Source: Thermomicrobiales bacterium
GTDB lineage: Bacteria > Chloroflexota > Chloroflexia > Thermomicrobiales > UBA6265
DNA: 64,000 nucleotides
Assembly: GCA_041390825.1 (NCBI GenBank)
Contig: JAWKPF010000016.1
Span: 2 to 64,001, forward strand
Direction: 5' to 3'
Part shown: piece by piece, positions 51,506-61,397 of the stretch
Layout of the letters: each line of letters starts with the position of its first letter
Position numbering within the stretch: position 1 is the stretch's first letter
The notes under the pieces: generated by a model
What the model was told of the DNA's origin: nothing
The model's input: the letters and a program-made list of their open reading frames with translations, nothing else
Databases searched by the model: none
Position numbers and translations under genes: made by a program

Positions 51506-52159
51506 TCAGGACCCGGAACTCAGGGCGTCCTCGACATATTGCCGCGCCGTATCCTCGGTTAGTGGACCAAAGACGATCGCTGACACCGTGCCATCCGGGC
51601 GGATGAAGACCGTCGCTGGATAGGTGTCGACTCCAAAGGACTGTGTGACCGGACCGATGGTGTCGCTTGCCCCGGCGGTGTCGCGGCCAATCGGATAGGT
51701 GATGCCCAGCCGTTCGACCATCGCCAGCGCGTTTTCATTGTTGTCGCGCTTGACGCCCACACCAACGATCGTGGCGGGTGTGCCCTCTGTCGAAAATTCG
51801 GCGCTCAGTTGTTCCAGTGCTGGCATTTCCTCCTCGCAAGGAGCGCACCATGAGGCCCAGAAATTGAGCACGACGGCCCGTCCGGCGAGGTCTGTATTGG
51901 AAACGGTCGAGCCGTCGATCAGTTCGAGCGTCCATGCCGGCGCAGGTTGATCGATGAGCACCCCGGCGCGGGGGAGATCCGCGTCCGGTTGCCACTCCTT
52001 CCAACCGATGTACGCAATGACCAGGACGATACCGAGCGCGAGCAACGCCGGCGTGTATTTGGCATAGCTGCCGTACCCGACGCGTCCGTGCTCGAACGGA
52101 TCGTCTTCGGGCAGCTCGTCTGGTGAAACTGGATCGTCTTTCTGCGCGTCGTCGGTCAA
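51506..52159 (-). CDS. TlpA/ResA-like membrane-anchored thiol:disulfide oxidoreductase
   Basis: The TTG start at 52159 overlaps the upstream TGA as TTGA. A TM anchor is followed by VVLNFWASWCAPCEEEMPAL, which carries the thioredoxin CxxC. Confidence 0.8.
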   Translation of the reverse strand: MTDDAQKDDPVSPDELPEDDPFEHGRVGYGSYAKYTPALLALGIVLVIAYIGWKEWQPDADLPRAGVLIDQPAPAWTLELIDGSTVSNTDLAGRAVVLNFWASWCAPCEEEMPALEQLSAEFSTEGTPATIVGVGVKRDNNENALAMVERLGITYPIGRDTAGASDTIGPVTQSFGVDTYPATVFIRPDGTVSAIVFGPLTEDTARQYVEDALSSGS

Positions 52160-52650
52160 GGCAAACTCTGCACCGCCGCGTCGACCTGGGCCTGGACCGC
52201 TTCGGGAGCGCCATCTGACACGGTGAGGATGTTGCTTCCCTGAGATATCACCAATACGCCGGTCGCGGCATCGGCCCCGGAAGGTGTGGTGAGCTGGATC
52301 GCGTCCAGATCGATCTTCGCCGTCTCTTTCTCACGTGCCTCAGGACTCTCGAAGATGAACACGTAGACCGGAGCGCCTTCGACGAGTAGCTGTTGACCGA
52401 CTGGTGTGAGTCCTTCGACACGAACCGTCTGCCGGCCATATTCCACCGTGGCGCCCTGCGCCACAATGGCGTCGTGCACGTTCTTCAGTTCAGCATGTCC
52501 GGGGACGCTTTGCGGTGTGGGAACCGGTCCGACATCGTCATTCCGTTCCTGGTACCAGGAATAGGCCACGAACGCGAAGAGCACGGCGGCCACGATGAAA
52601 AGCAGGTTCGAAATCCACCTGCGGACCGGGATATTGCGTTGCTGACTCAC
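52156..52650 (-). CDS. membrane-anchored hypothetical protein
   Basis: A GGGAG SD precedes GTG 52650. The N-terminal TM reads WISNLLFIVAAVLFAFVAY. It is translationally coupled to the TlpA-like gene. Confidence 0.55.
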   Translation of the reverse strand: MSQQRNIPVRRWISNLLFIVAAVLFAFVAYSWYQERNDDVGPVPTPQSVPGHAELKNVHDAIVAQGATVEYGRQTVRVEGLTPVGQQLLVEGAPVYVFIFESPEAREKETAKIDLDAIQLTTPSGADAATGVLVISQGSNILTVSDGAPEAVQAQVDAAVQSLP

Positions 52651-52827
52651 AGGTTGCTCCCAAACGGCGAACTGTTGCTTGCTAGTCTACGATGCCGGCC
52701 GATCGGTGAGGGATAGCGCGTGAAAGAACGTGAGGTAAAAAATTTCCTTTCCTCCAGTACAATCAGTGGTCGAGGACGCTTCCGGCGCGAAGGGCGGCGC
52801 GGAACCGGGGGCGTAGATTGCGTAGTT

Positions 52828-52837
52828 ATTGATCAAT
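52828..52837. promoter_or_regulatory. perfect 10-bp palindrome ATTGATCAAT upstream of marR
   Basis: Read directly. It lies 56 nt upstream of ATG 52893 in an AT-richer divergent promoter region. Confidence 0.3.
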
Positions 52838-52892
52838 GTGCACCAGCCCCGTTACCCGTTGTGATGGGCGCTGCTTAAGGAGAGTCTCATCG

Positions 52893-53363
52893 ATGTCGAA
52901 ATCAGCCCACACAGTTGCCGACAGCGTCACGTTGTCGCTGCTCGATATAGTTCCCCGACTGAATCGATGGGCGGAGGCCAGCGTCTCCCGAGCCGCCGGT
53001 GAGAACCGGCTCAGTTTGCGTCAGCTTTCCGCGCTCACCATGATCGAGAGTGAAAAGACCACGCTTGGCGATGTCGCGCGCCGTCTGATGGTCACACCGG
53101 CGGTCGTCACCGGATTGATCGACCGGTTGGAGAAGCGCGGCTATGTGCGGCGCATCAACAGCACCGACGATCGTCGCCGCGTGCTGCTGGCGCTCACCGA
53201 CGAGGGACGCGCCGCGGCAGAGTCGGTGTCCCGCCAGTTGCAGGGGGAAATGGCGGCTGCGCTCGTCTCCTTCTCTGGTGCCGATCTCGAGCAACTCGAC
53301 CGTAGCTTGACCAAGCTGCGCCCGGTGGCCACCGAACTGGAACTCACGACACCTGCGAGCTAA
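52893..53363 (+). CDS. MarR-family transcriptional regulator
   Basis: An AAGGAGAG SD precedes ATG 52893. The sequence reads LSLRQLSALTMIESEKTTLGDVARRLMVTPAVVTGLIDRLEKRGYVRRINSTDDRRRVLLALTDEG. Confidence 0.8.
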   Translation: MSKSAHTVADSVTLSLLDIVPRLNRWAEASVSRAAGENRLSLRQLSALTMIESEKTTLGDVARRLMVTPAVVTGLIDRLEKRGYVRRINSTDDRRRVLLALTDEGRAAAESVSRQLQGEMAAALVSFSGADLEQLDRSLTKLRPVATELELTTPAS

Positions 53364-55512
53364 CGATCGGGATCCTCGTTTGATACGACGCGGTCGTCAC
53401 CCGCGAACGCATCAGGAGCGGCGCGGAGCTGAGGGCTCTTGCCCGCTTCCTGAAGCGTGGTGGTGATCTGTCGCTCGAGCGCTGCGGCGGACATTCCTTC
53501 CGCACCATGCACGAGCAACCCGGGTCCCATCGAACTCACAGTCAGCCCGGCATCGGCCAACGCCGTGCGCACGGCCTGGGTATCGTCCTCTTGCTCCGGT
53601 TGGACGATGGCCGCCGGCGTGAGCCAAACACGTCCGAGCGACTCTGCCCACTGTTCGAGTTCCGCGCGGGAGCGGTCGGCCAGTGGTTCTCCGCTTTGCT
53701 TCTCCAGAAAGGTTTCCACGTCCTGCACGCGGAATCCGGCGGTGAGCGCCCGCTTCAACGACCGATTCGTGATGCGGTATTCGGCTTGCGGTTGCAACCG
53801 GACCTGATCGGCGAATGCAGTCAGCGACCATATGCGCACCGGTGACGGGTCGACGAGCGTCACGGTCAGGTCGGGATGGACCGTCAACGGCGGTTCGATC
53901 GGATCCGGCGCTGGGGGAAGGGAGCCAACCCCGGCTGTGGCGCGCCCGGTTTCGGTCACGCGGATCACCTCGCCGACCGATGGGATATGTCCAATTTCCA
54001 CCAACCTGAACCAGGAAAACCCGCTGCGCAGTGTCCGCTCGACCACCTGTTCCAGCGACGAGAGCCGCTCCACCGAGCGGTCCAGGCGTGCATCCACCGG
54101 CCGCGCGGTCGCGATCTGCACGGTGTCGCCCAGGGCGTCGCTGCTGCGGTTGCTGAGCCAGTGCGTGACGGCGTCGAGGCGATACCAGGCGTTTGGATCG
54201 AATTCCGGAAGCAGAACCAGCAACCGGCGGCGGAACTGCGGCCAGTGCGCTCCGGAGACCACGACCTCTTCCTGATCGAACGCTTCGATCCACAGAGTCG
54301 CGCTGAGCCACCAGGTGAGCAGTTGCGCGGTTTGTTCGGCAAACGAACGGGATCGCCAAACGCGCATGGCGGGGTTGCCGCGCGATTCGGCGTCCGGCGG
54401 GTCGAGCAAGTTGCCCTGATCGGCCAATGCCGCGAGAAACTCGAGGTAGCCCGGCAACGGCTCTTCCGCTCCAGCGTTCCACAGCAACTCGTTGAATCGG
54501 CGCCGGGCACGCATCGTTGCGGACGAAAGCGGCGCAACAGCCGGCGTTCCTGCGCCCAGCCATCGCAGCAGTGTGAGCAAGTCCCATGCCAGCGCATATC
54601 GGTCGACCTGCGCATCGGAATCGGGCGTTCCGTTCACCGGTGATGGCGCCTGCTCGCGATCCTGCGGCAGCGCTGCGGTAGCCGTGTTCCAGATCGGTTG
54701 GAAGAGCGCCCGCCGTCCGTCAGGCACGTAGGTATGCCAAACGAGGAGCGATTCCTCGAGTTCCGTCAACGCGGTTCGTAAGCGCTCCGCTGCCCTGGGT
54801 TGACCGAAATCGAGATCCAGGGCGTCGGCGATCTCCGTCAGCGTCGTTGTTTGCCCGGCTGGCAGTTCGGTCACGACACCCAGCACACGCTTGGCATCCC
54901 AGCCGAGTTTCCGTTCGACAGCCGATCGCCGGTCTGGCCAGGCGGAGAGCTCCAGGAGCCCGTCGGTGAGTTCACGCCGGGTGCGCAACCCCGGCATCGA
55001 TTCCAATCCCCAGAGCTCCGCTGCGCGTTGAATGTCCGCGTCATCCAGGAGGGCAAGGAGTGCCGCAAACGGAGTCTGACTCACGTCGCCGGCATCGAGC
55101 TCGTCCTGAATGCGCGCGAACAGTTGCCCAAGCTCACGCGGCAGAAGAGCCGTGGGAGTTCGCCCACGGAAAGCGTCTGGCCGCGCGCGTTCGATGCCAG
55201 CGCCCCGGCCTGATAGAGGCGGGTGGCCGTGGCTCTGACGACGGAAGGTTCCGCCTGCAATTGTTCGGCAAGCTGGTCGATCGTGAATCCGTCGTCGGCG
55301 TCGGCTGCGACGTAGAACGCAATCATCTCGCGCTCGTCCAACGGGCGGCGCATCCAGAAGTCGCGCGTGGCGCGCAGATCGGTCATGGCGCGCATGAGTT
55401 GAGCGATCAGGGCGGCACGGTCGCGCGCTGTGCTCGGCACCTGCCAGGCAATGCCGATTCGCTGGAGCTCCTCATCCGTCCGGGCGTTCAGCCGGCCCAT
55501 CAAGTTGCGCAC
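53360..55512 (-). pseudogene. large hypothetical protein (~715 aa) with a single frame change near 55150
   Basis: ORF 55081..55512 (MRNLMGRLNARTDEELQRIGIAWQV...) and ORF 53360..55084 are colinear. The frame of the second ORF stays open upstream (..TPTALLPRELGQLFARIQDELDAGDV-SQTPF..), so they read as one gene. No family was recognised with confidence. The stop overlaps the marR stop (CTAA, 53360-53363). Confidence 0.55.
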
Positions 55513-55605
55513 CGGGATGCTCCTGGCCGCGGGAGCAAGGACGCCTCCCCAGGAACCCTTGACCCGCGTCTCGTCACCACGTAGGGTTCGGCATCGCCGC
55601 GCCCA

Positions 55606-56394
55606 GTGTCAAGTGGGTGTCGTCTTGTCGCGCTGATGCGCGTTCGTTCAGTCCTGGATCGCATGCCGCCGCTTTCTCGCAATCTCCGGCTCGATGATGC
55701 GCTTGCCCTGCCAGGATGCCCCGTCTGCCGCATCGTGCTGCAGCGGGTCGCGCAGACCATCGAGACGATCCAGGACGAACTGGTGCTCGATCCTGCCTAC
55801 CGAGAGCGAGTCGATGCCGCGTGGGGGTTCTGCAGCACGCATGCAGCTCAATGGCTCGCCGAAGCGCAGCCCCTGAGCACCGCCATCATCTACGAGGCGG
55901 TGCTGGGACGCATCTCGCGAGAGCTGGAACGCGTCTCACCGACACGAACCGGTCTGCGAGGGCAGCTTGGTTCTCGCATCTCCGGCGGGCGGACGAATCG
56001 GGAATGCGCAGCGCTGGTGGAAGCGCGCCCCTGCCCACTCTGCGTGACGCGCGCCGAACAGGAGCGCGAGCTCGTCGCGCAGTTGCTCGACGGACTACGA
56101 ACCGCCAGTTTCCGCGAGCGATACCTGTCGTCTGATGGGTTGTGCGTTTCGCATCTGAATCATGCGCTCTGCGCCGGACCGAGCGCGGAGGCGCTCGATG
56201 CGCTGCGTTCGCGGCTGCTTCGCACGCATGAGACGTTGCGGGCCGACTTGCGAGAAGTCATCCGCAAGCACGACTATCGCTATCAAGACGAGCCGCAGGG
56301 CGCCGAATGGAACGCGGTGGAACAGGCGGTTCGGCATGTCGCCGGGGCACCGGGCATCGACGGTCGACGGGCGAGATCCAGCACAGCAGAGTAA
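55606..56394 (+). CDS. Cys/His-rich hypothetical protein with duplicated CPxC...CxxH module
   Basis: ORF 55606..56394; the start is ambiguous (GTG 55606, ATG 55636 or ATG 55663). The first module is GCPVC-x34-CSTH and the second is PCPLC-x33-CVSH. Confidence 0.55.
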   Translation: MSSGCRLVALMRVRSVLDRMPPLSRNLRLDDALALPGCPVCRIVLQRVAQTIETIQDELVLDPAYRERVDAAWGFCSTHAAQWLAEAQPLSTAIIYEAVLGRISRELERVSPTRTGLRGQLGSRISGGRTNRECAALVEARPCPLCVTRAEQERELVAQLLDGLRTASFRERYLSSDGLCVSHLNHALCAGPSAEALDALRSRLLRTHETLRADLREVIRKHDYRYQDEPQGAEWNAVEQAVRHVAGAPGIDGRRARSSTAE

Positions 56395-56466
56395 CCTCCG
56401 GCAGTGAACTGCAAAAGCGGCGAAGATGTATCCACCATCGAATCAACCATGGGATAAGGGAGTAGC

Positions 56467-56973
56467 GTGTCCAATCCGTCCAATCCAATCGATCGATCGA
56501 CCGTTCTCGCATTCATCGAGATTCCCCGCGGCAGTCGCAACAAGTACGAGTTCGACGAGGCCACGGGGAGACTGCGGCTCGACCGGGTGCTCTACTCCTC
56601 GGTTCACTATCCCACCGACTATGGGTTCATTCCCGATACCCTGGCCGAGGATGGAGACCATCTCGACATCCTGGTGCTCATGCAGGAACCGACGTTCCCC
56701 GGCTGCTACATCGATGCGCGGCCGATTGGGCTCGACATGTCGGATGAGAAGGGTTCCGACTTCAAGGTGCTGGCGGTCCCGGTAGGCGACCCGCGTTATC
56801 AGCATGTATCCGATCTCTCGCATCTTGGCGACCATTGGCTGCGCGAGATCGAGACGTTTTTCGCCACGTACAAGCTGCTCGAACCGAAGCAGACCGAGGT
56901 GCTCGGCTGGCATGACGCATCCTTTGCCTGGGATGTGATCGAAGCCTGCCGCGCCCGCTACGAAAAGGAGTAG
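56467..56973 (+). CDS. ppa: inorganic pyrophosphatase (family I)
   Basis: An AAGGGAG SD precedes GTG 56467. The sequence reads FIEIPRGSRNKYEFDE..GRLRLDRVLYSSVHYPTDYGFIPDTLAEDGDHLDILVL...DEKGSDFKVLAVPVGDPRY. Confidence 0.9.
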   Translation: MSNPSNPIDRSTVLAFIEIPRGSRNKYEFDEATGRLRLDRVLYSSVHYPTDYGFIPDTLAEDGDHLDILVLMQEPTFPGCYIDARPIGLDMSDEKGSDFKVLAVPVGDPRYQHVSDLSHLGDHWLREIETFFATYKLLEPKQTEVLGWHDASFAWDVIEACRARYEKE

Positions 56974-57000
56974 CCCGGGACGATCGGGCTCCACGCGCCG

Positions 57001-58215
57001 ATGCCGATCGATCTGCCTGCTTCCAAGCCGCCAATCACACCGGAAACCGGGTTGGGCGGACGTCGCCCACGGTTCTTCTATTTGGTCAGTCTGCCGCTCT
57101 GGTTGGCGGTCGTGCTGCGGTCATTCGATGCGGACGGGGATGCGGATCGGCAACCCCTGACTCTTCTGTTGCTCCTGGTCTATCTGGCGCTCTTCGTCAC
57201 CGGCGACCGGCTGAGTCGCCGCTTTCACTGGTATGAGCATCTCTATTTCGGGCTGCAGCTCACGATCGTCTTTGCGGCGATGGTGGCCCAGCCCGAGCTC
57301 GACTTTTTTCCAGTCTTGTTGATTCCAATAAGCGCGCAGATTGCGCTCGTTCCCGATCGCCGCTGGCGGCGTTTCTGGTTCGCAGCGACCTTCGCGGTCA
57401 TGACTGCGGGGTTGCTGATTTTTCAGGAGCTCTGGCCGCAGCTCGCTGGCGATCATCTTGTTGTACATCGTCGGATACGTTCTCATTGCATCCTATGCGA
57501 CGGTCACCGAGCAGAGAGAGCGTGCAGGTTCAGGCACGCTCCCTCGTCGTGGAACTGCAGGAAGCGAACCGCCAACTGACCGAGAGTGCCGCAACGATCG
57601 AGAATCTGGCGATTGTGGAAGAGCGCAACCGGCTGGCGCGCGAGTTGCACGATTCAGTTAGTCAGTCACTTTATGGTTTGGTGCTCAGCAGCGAAGCGGC
57701 CAGACGCAACCTTGCGAGCGGCAATCACGATGGTCTCGTAGAGGAACTCGATTCCATGAGCGAAGCCGCTCGCACCGCACAGGCGGAGATGCGCCTGCTG
57801 ATCTACGAGCTGCGCCCACCAGAGATGGAGGAGCTCGGACTGCAACGCGCGCTCGAGAATCGACTGGCCACCGTCGAGCGCCGTACCGGTCTGCAGGCAA
57901 CGATCACGTACGACGTTGAGCGATGTACCGCCTGCACCGATCGAGCTCGAGCGCATCGCAATCGAGGCGTTGACCAATGCGGTACGGCACAGCGGCGCGT
58001 CGAATGTACGCGTCGTGGTTCGCCAGGGACGGGCGATCGCTGGTGCTGGACGTGGAGGATGACGGCGGTTGGGATCGAAACCGGCGCCGCTGCTGATCGG
58101 ATCTGGCGGCATGCGCGCATGCGTGAACGGGCGAAACGTCTCGGCGGAACGTTTACTGTCGTGTCGGATCCAGGCAATGAACCCGCGTGCGGGTGTGAGA
58201 CGCCGCTGCGGCTGC
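57001..58215 (+). pseudogene. sensor histidine kinase (HisKA_3/NarL-partner type), frameshifted as given
   Basis: The membrane N-terminus is in the ATG 57001 frame, with +1 shifts near 57455 and near 57520. Later segments read ENLAIVEERNRLARELHDSVSQSLYGL (H-box), LRLLIYELRPPEMEELGL, IAIEALTNAVRHSGAS (N-box, in another frame) and GGMRACVNGRNVSAERLLSC/ RERAKRLGGTFTVVSDPG. The 3' end is approximate. Confidence 0.65.
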
Positions 58216-58852
58216 TGGTCACGCTTTATTTCATTGCCGACGATCATGCAATTGTGCGCAAAGGATTCGCGCGCTGCTCGACCGAACCCGACGCGTCGAA
58301 GTCATTGGCGAAGCGGGGAGATTGTCGCCATTGAACGGGTGCGTTGGTGTTGCGCCCAGATGACGCTCATGGACCCCGTTCTTCCTGGAATGGAAGGAAC
58401 TGAGGCGATCGCGCCATCCGGGCAACCCTGGTCACCGAGGCGCGCATTCTGGCGTTGACCAGCTTCGTCACCGATGAAAAGGTGCTCCCGGCGATTCGCG
58501 CTGGGGCGCGCGGCTACCTGCTCAAGGACTCCTCACCGGAGGACCTCGTGCGGGCGATTCGCCAGGTGGACCGAGGCGAATCGCCAATCGACCCGTCGGT
58601 CGCGGGTCGGATCATGAGCGCGCTCAGTCAAGCGGCATCGGCAACTCCGGCCACCGATGGGCTCACCACCCGCGAGCTCGATGTGCTGCGCGAGGTGGCA
58701 AGTACTCGAACCAGAGAGTAGCCGCGCACCGCTCAGTGAAGCTACTGTGCGCACCCACATCAGCCATATCCTGAGCAAGCTGGGACTTGCCAGCCGTACG
58801 CAGGCGACGCTCTACGGCCTTCGGGGAGGGACTCGTTACGCTCGACGACTGA
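58215..58852 (+). pseudogene. NarL/LuxR-family response regulator, frameshifted as given
   Basis: Segments read FIADDHAIVRKG, LMDPVLPGMEGTEAI, LTSFVTDEKVLPAIRAGARGYLLKDSSPEDLVRAIRQV, LTTRELDVLREVA and SEATVRTHISHILSKLGLASRTQATLYGLR. The end GEGLVTLDD* has TGA at 58850-58852. The 5' end is approximate. Confidence 0.65.
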
Positions 58853-59021
58853 TCGCCCAGATGCTGCATCGCCAGTCGCGCAGAAAAACGGTTCCCGGCT
58901 GGCGACCGGCCTTCTACAACATTCCGCTGACCTGCTCCCCTGAATCACCACCAAACAGCGGAGAGCGAATTCCATCGGACGGCGGTCGGCAAGTCGATCT
59001 CCCGCCGATACAACGAGTGTG

Positions 59022-59037
59022 GGCGCTGATCAGCGCC
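59022..59037. promoter_or_regulatory. perfect 16-bp palindrome GGCGCTGATCAGCGCC upstream of the MMPL gene
   Basis: Read directly. It lies 19 nt upstream of ATG 59056. Confidence 0.3.
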
Positions 59038-59055
59038 GATTGGCTTCGTTGATGG

Positions 59056-61251
59056 ATGACTGCCGCCATGTTGAACGGTTTTCAGGAGGCGCTGCCTCGA
59101 TATTCATTTTCCTCTCCGCGACGTACGATCCTGATTTGGATGGCTGGACTGGTGCTGCTCGTCACGCTTGCCGCGGTGGCCGGCGGAGAGCTCGGTACAG
59201 AGAATCAGTTCATCTCAGAGCCAGAATCGGTGCAGGCCGATCGGCTCCTCGAGAGCGAGTGGGGAGCGGAAGATCAATCAGACGACTATCCCGAGCTGCT
59301 GGTCGTCGAATCCGCTGGAATGACACTGGATGACCCCGCCTACCACACCGCGGTGGAATCGCTGGCGCGGGCGCTCGAGACGAATGGAGCGACCGCCATC
59401 ACCTGGTACGAAGCGAACGAAGCTGGGGATGAGCGGGCAGACACGCTGAGGTCAGCCGATGGAACGACCACCCTGATCCCATATCGTCCCAGTGGCGAAC
59501 GCGATGCAGCTGATGCCGCGGTGCTTGCCGCAGCCACCGAGTGGCGTCATTGGTGCATTTCGTCAGCGAAGATCGTTTCGATGACGCAGTCGACGAGATG
59601 ACCGAACACGATCTCATCCGTTCGGAAGTGTTTGGTCTTCCAGCGGCTTTGCTGGTGCTGATCCTTGTGTTCGGCGCGCTGGTGGCGGCTGGAATTCCGA
59701 TCGTGTTGTCGATCGTTTCCATCGCCGGGGCGGTGGGGTTGACGCTGCTCCTGGGTCGGGTGACCTCGATGTCGGTCTACGCGCTCAACATGATTTCCAT
59801 GATTGGTCTGGCGGTCGGGGTGGACTACGCGCTCTTCATCGTCGACCGGTTCAGGGAAGAACGCCGGATGGGACATGCACCGGCTGAAGCGATGGCGCGC
59901 ACCGCCGCTACCTCTGGGCGCGCGGTCCTCTTTTCAGGGGCGACCGTGGCAATCAGCCTGCTGGGCATGCTCCTGCTCCCCACCACGCTCTTTCGCAGTC
60001 TCGGTGCTGGAGCAATCCTGGTGGTCGTGGTCGCACTCCTGGCGACGCTCACTTTGCTTCCGGCGCCTGGCGATCTCGGGGAGCAGGCTCGACTGGCCGC
60101 GTCGTCCGCAATGGCTTGGAGCGCGCACAAGGGCGACGCACTCGGACCGGCTCGTCCGTTTGGTGCTGCGACGGCCGGGGATCAGCGCCTTGGCTGCCAT
60201 TGCAGTTCTCTTCCTGCTTGCCTTGCCAGCTCTGTCGATGGAACGCGGGGCTGCCGGAATCGAATCGATGCCACCTGGCGATCTACGCGCTGGATACGAA
60301 ATTTTGGCTCGCGACTTCGCTGCCGGCCTGACCGATCCGGTCGAAATTGTGGTTGCCGGATCGAATGACGACGCGACCAACGGCGCCATCGAGCGACTGC
60401 TGGACGGTCTCGCGGCCGATTCCGCGTTCGCCCCGCCGACGGACCAAGCATGGAACGATGCAGGCACCTTGGCATTGGTCGAAGTGCCACTCACCATCGA
60501 CGGAAACACGCCCGAGGCCTATGCCGCAATCGAGCGCTTGCGTGTCGACCTGATACCGACGGCCTTTGCCGGGATCGACGCGTGCGTCCTGGTTGGCGGG
60601 GATGTCGCCGAAACGGCCGACTTCGATGCGCTGGTCGGCCTGTGGACACCGCGGGTCTTGGCGATCGTTCTTGGGCTTTCATTCCTGGTGCTGCTACTGG
60701 CATTCCGGTCGATCGTCGTACCGGTGAAGGCGCTTCTGCTGAATTTGCTTTCGGTCGGTGCAGCCTATGGGGCGATGGTTTTCGTCTTCCAGCAAGGGCA
60801 TGGTGTCGGGCTATTCGGTTTCCAACGAACACCAACCATCGAGGCCTGGATCCCAATCTTTCTCTTCAGCATCCTCTTCGGATTGTCGATGGACTACCAC
60901 ATCTTCCTTTTATCCCGAATTCGGGAAGCGTGGGACCGGACCGGCGACAATTCGCTGGCCGTTGCCGATGGGCTGCATGTCACCCGGCGCATCATCACCG
61001 GTGCTGCGGCAATCATGGTGGTCGTATTCGCCGCATTCGCTACAGCCGATCTGGTGATGTTCCAGCAGCTTGGTTTCGGGTTGGCGGTCGCGATACTCCT
61101 CGATGCCACCGTGATTCGGCTGGTGCTCGTGCCTGCTTCGATGCGCTTGCTCGGCGACTGGAACTGGTACCTCCCTCACCGGCTCGAGTGGCTCCCAAGG
61201 GTGCACGTGGAGTCGGCGAGGACGTCCGACTCTGCGGTCACCGTGGGATGA
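59056..61251 (+). pseudogene. MMPL/RND-superfamily membrane transporter, two frame changes as given
   Basis: The three colinear ORFs are 59056..59601, 59541..60368 and 59803..61251. The first and third share a frame, so the two indels have opposite sign. Segments read GLAVGVDYALFIVDRFREER, GAGAILVVVVALLATLTLLPA and FGLSMDYHIFLLSRIREAW...LLDATVIRLVLVPASMRLLGDWNWYLP. Confidence 0.7.
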
Positions 61252-61397
61252 CCTGTCGGTCTGTTCGAATACTGGCGGGCCGCATGCTGCCCGCCAGTCC
61301 GTTCTTTCCCAATCGCGGAGCCGGTCGTCCTGGCGAGCGTGGCCGGTATGGACTGATAGACTTCCGGGAGTTCGGCGGCAACGAGAGGAAGACGGCG

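Noticed and set aside
47046-56973. PPi-PFK, soluble pyrophosphatase and (at 22316) PPK2 as a linked pyrophosphate/polyphosphate system
   Set aside because: The genes are in different operons many kb apart and all are common housekeeping functions. There is no positional evidence for a functional unit.
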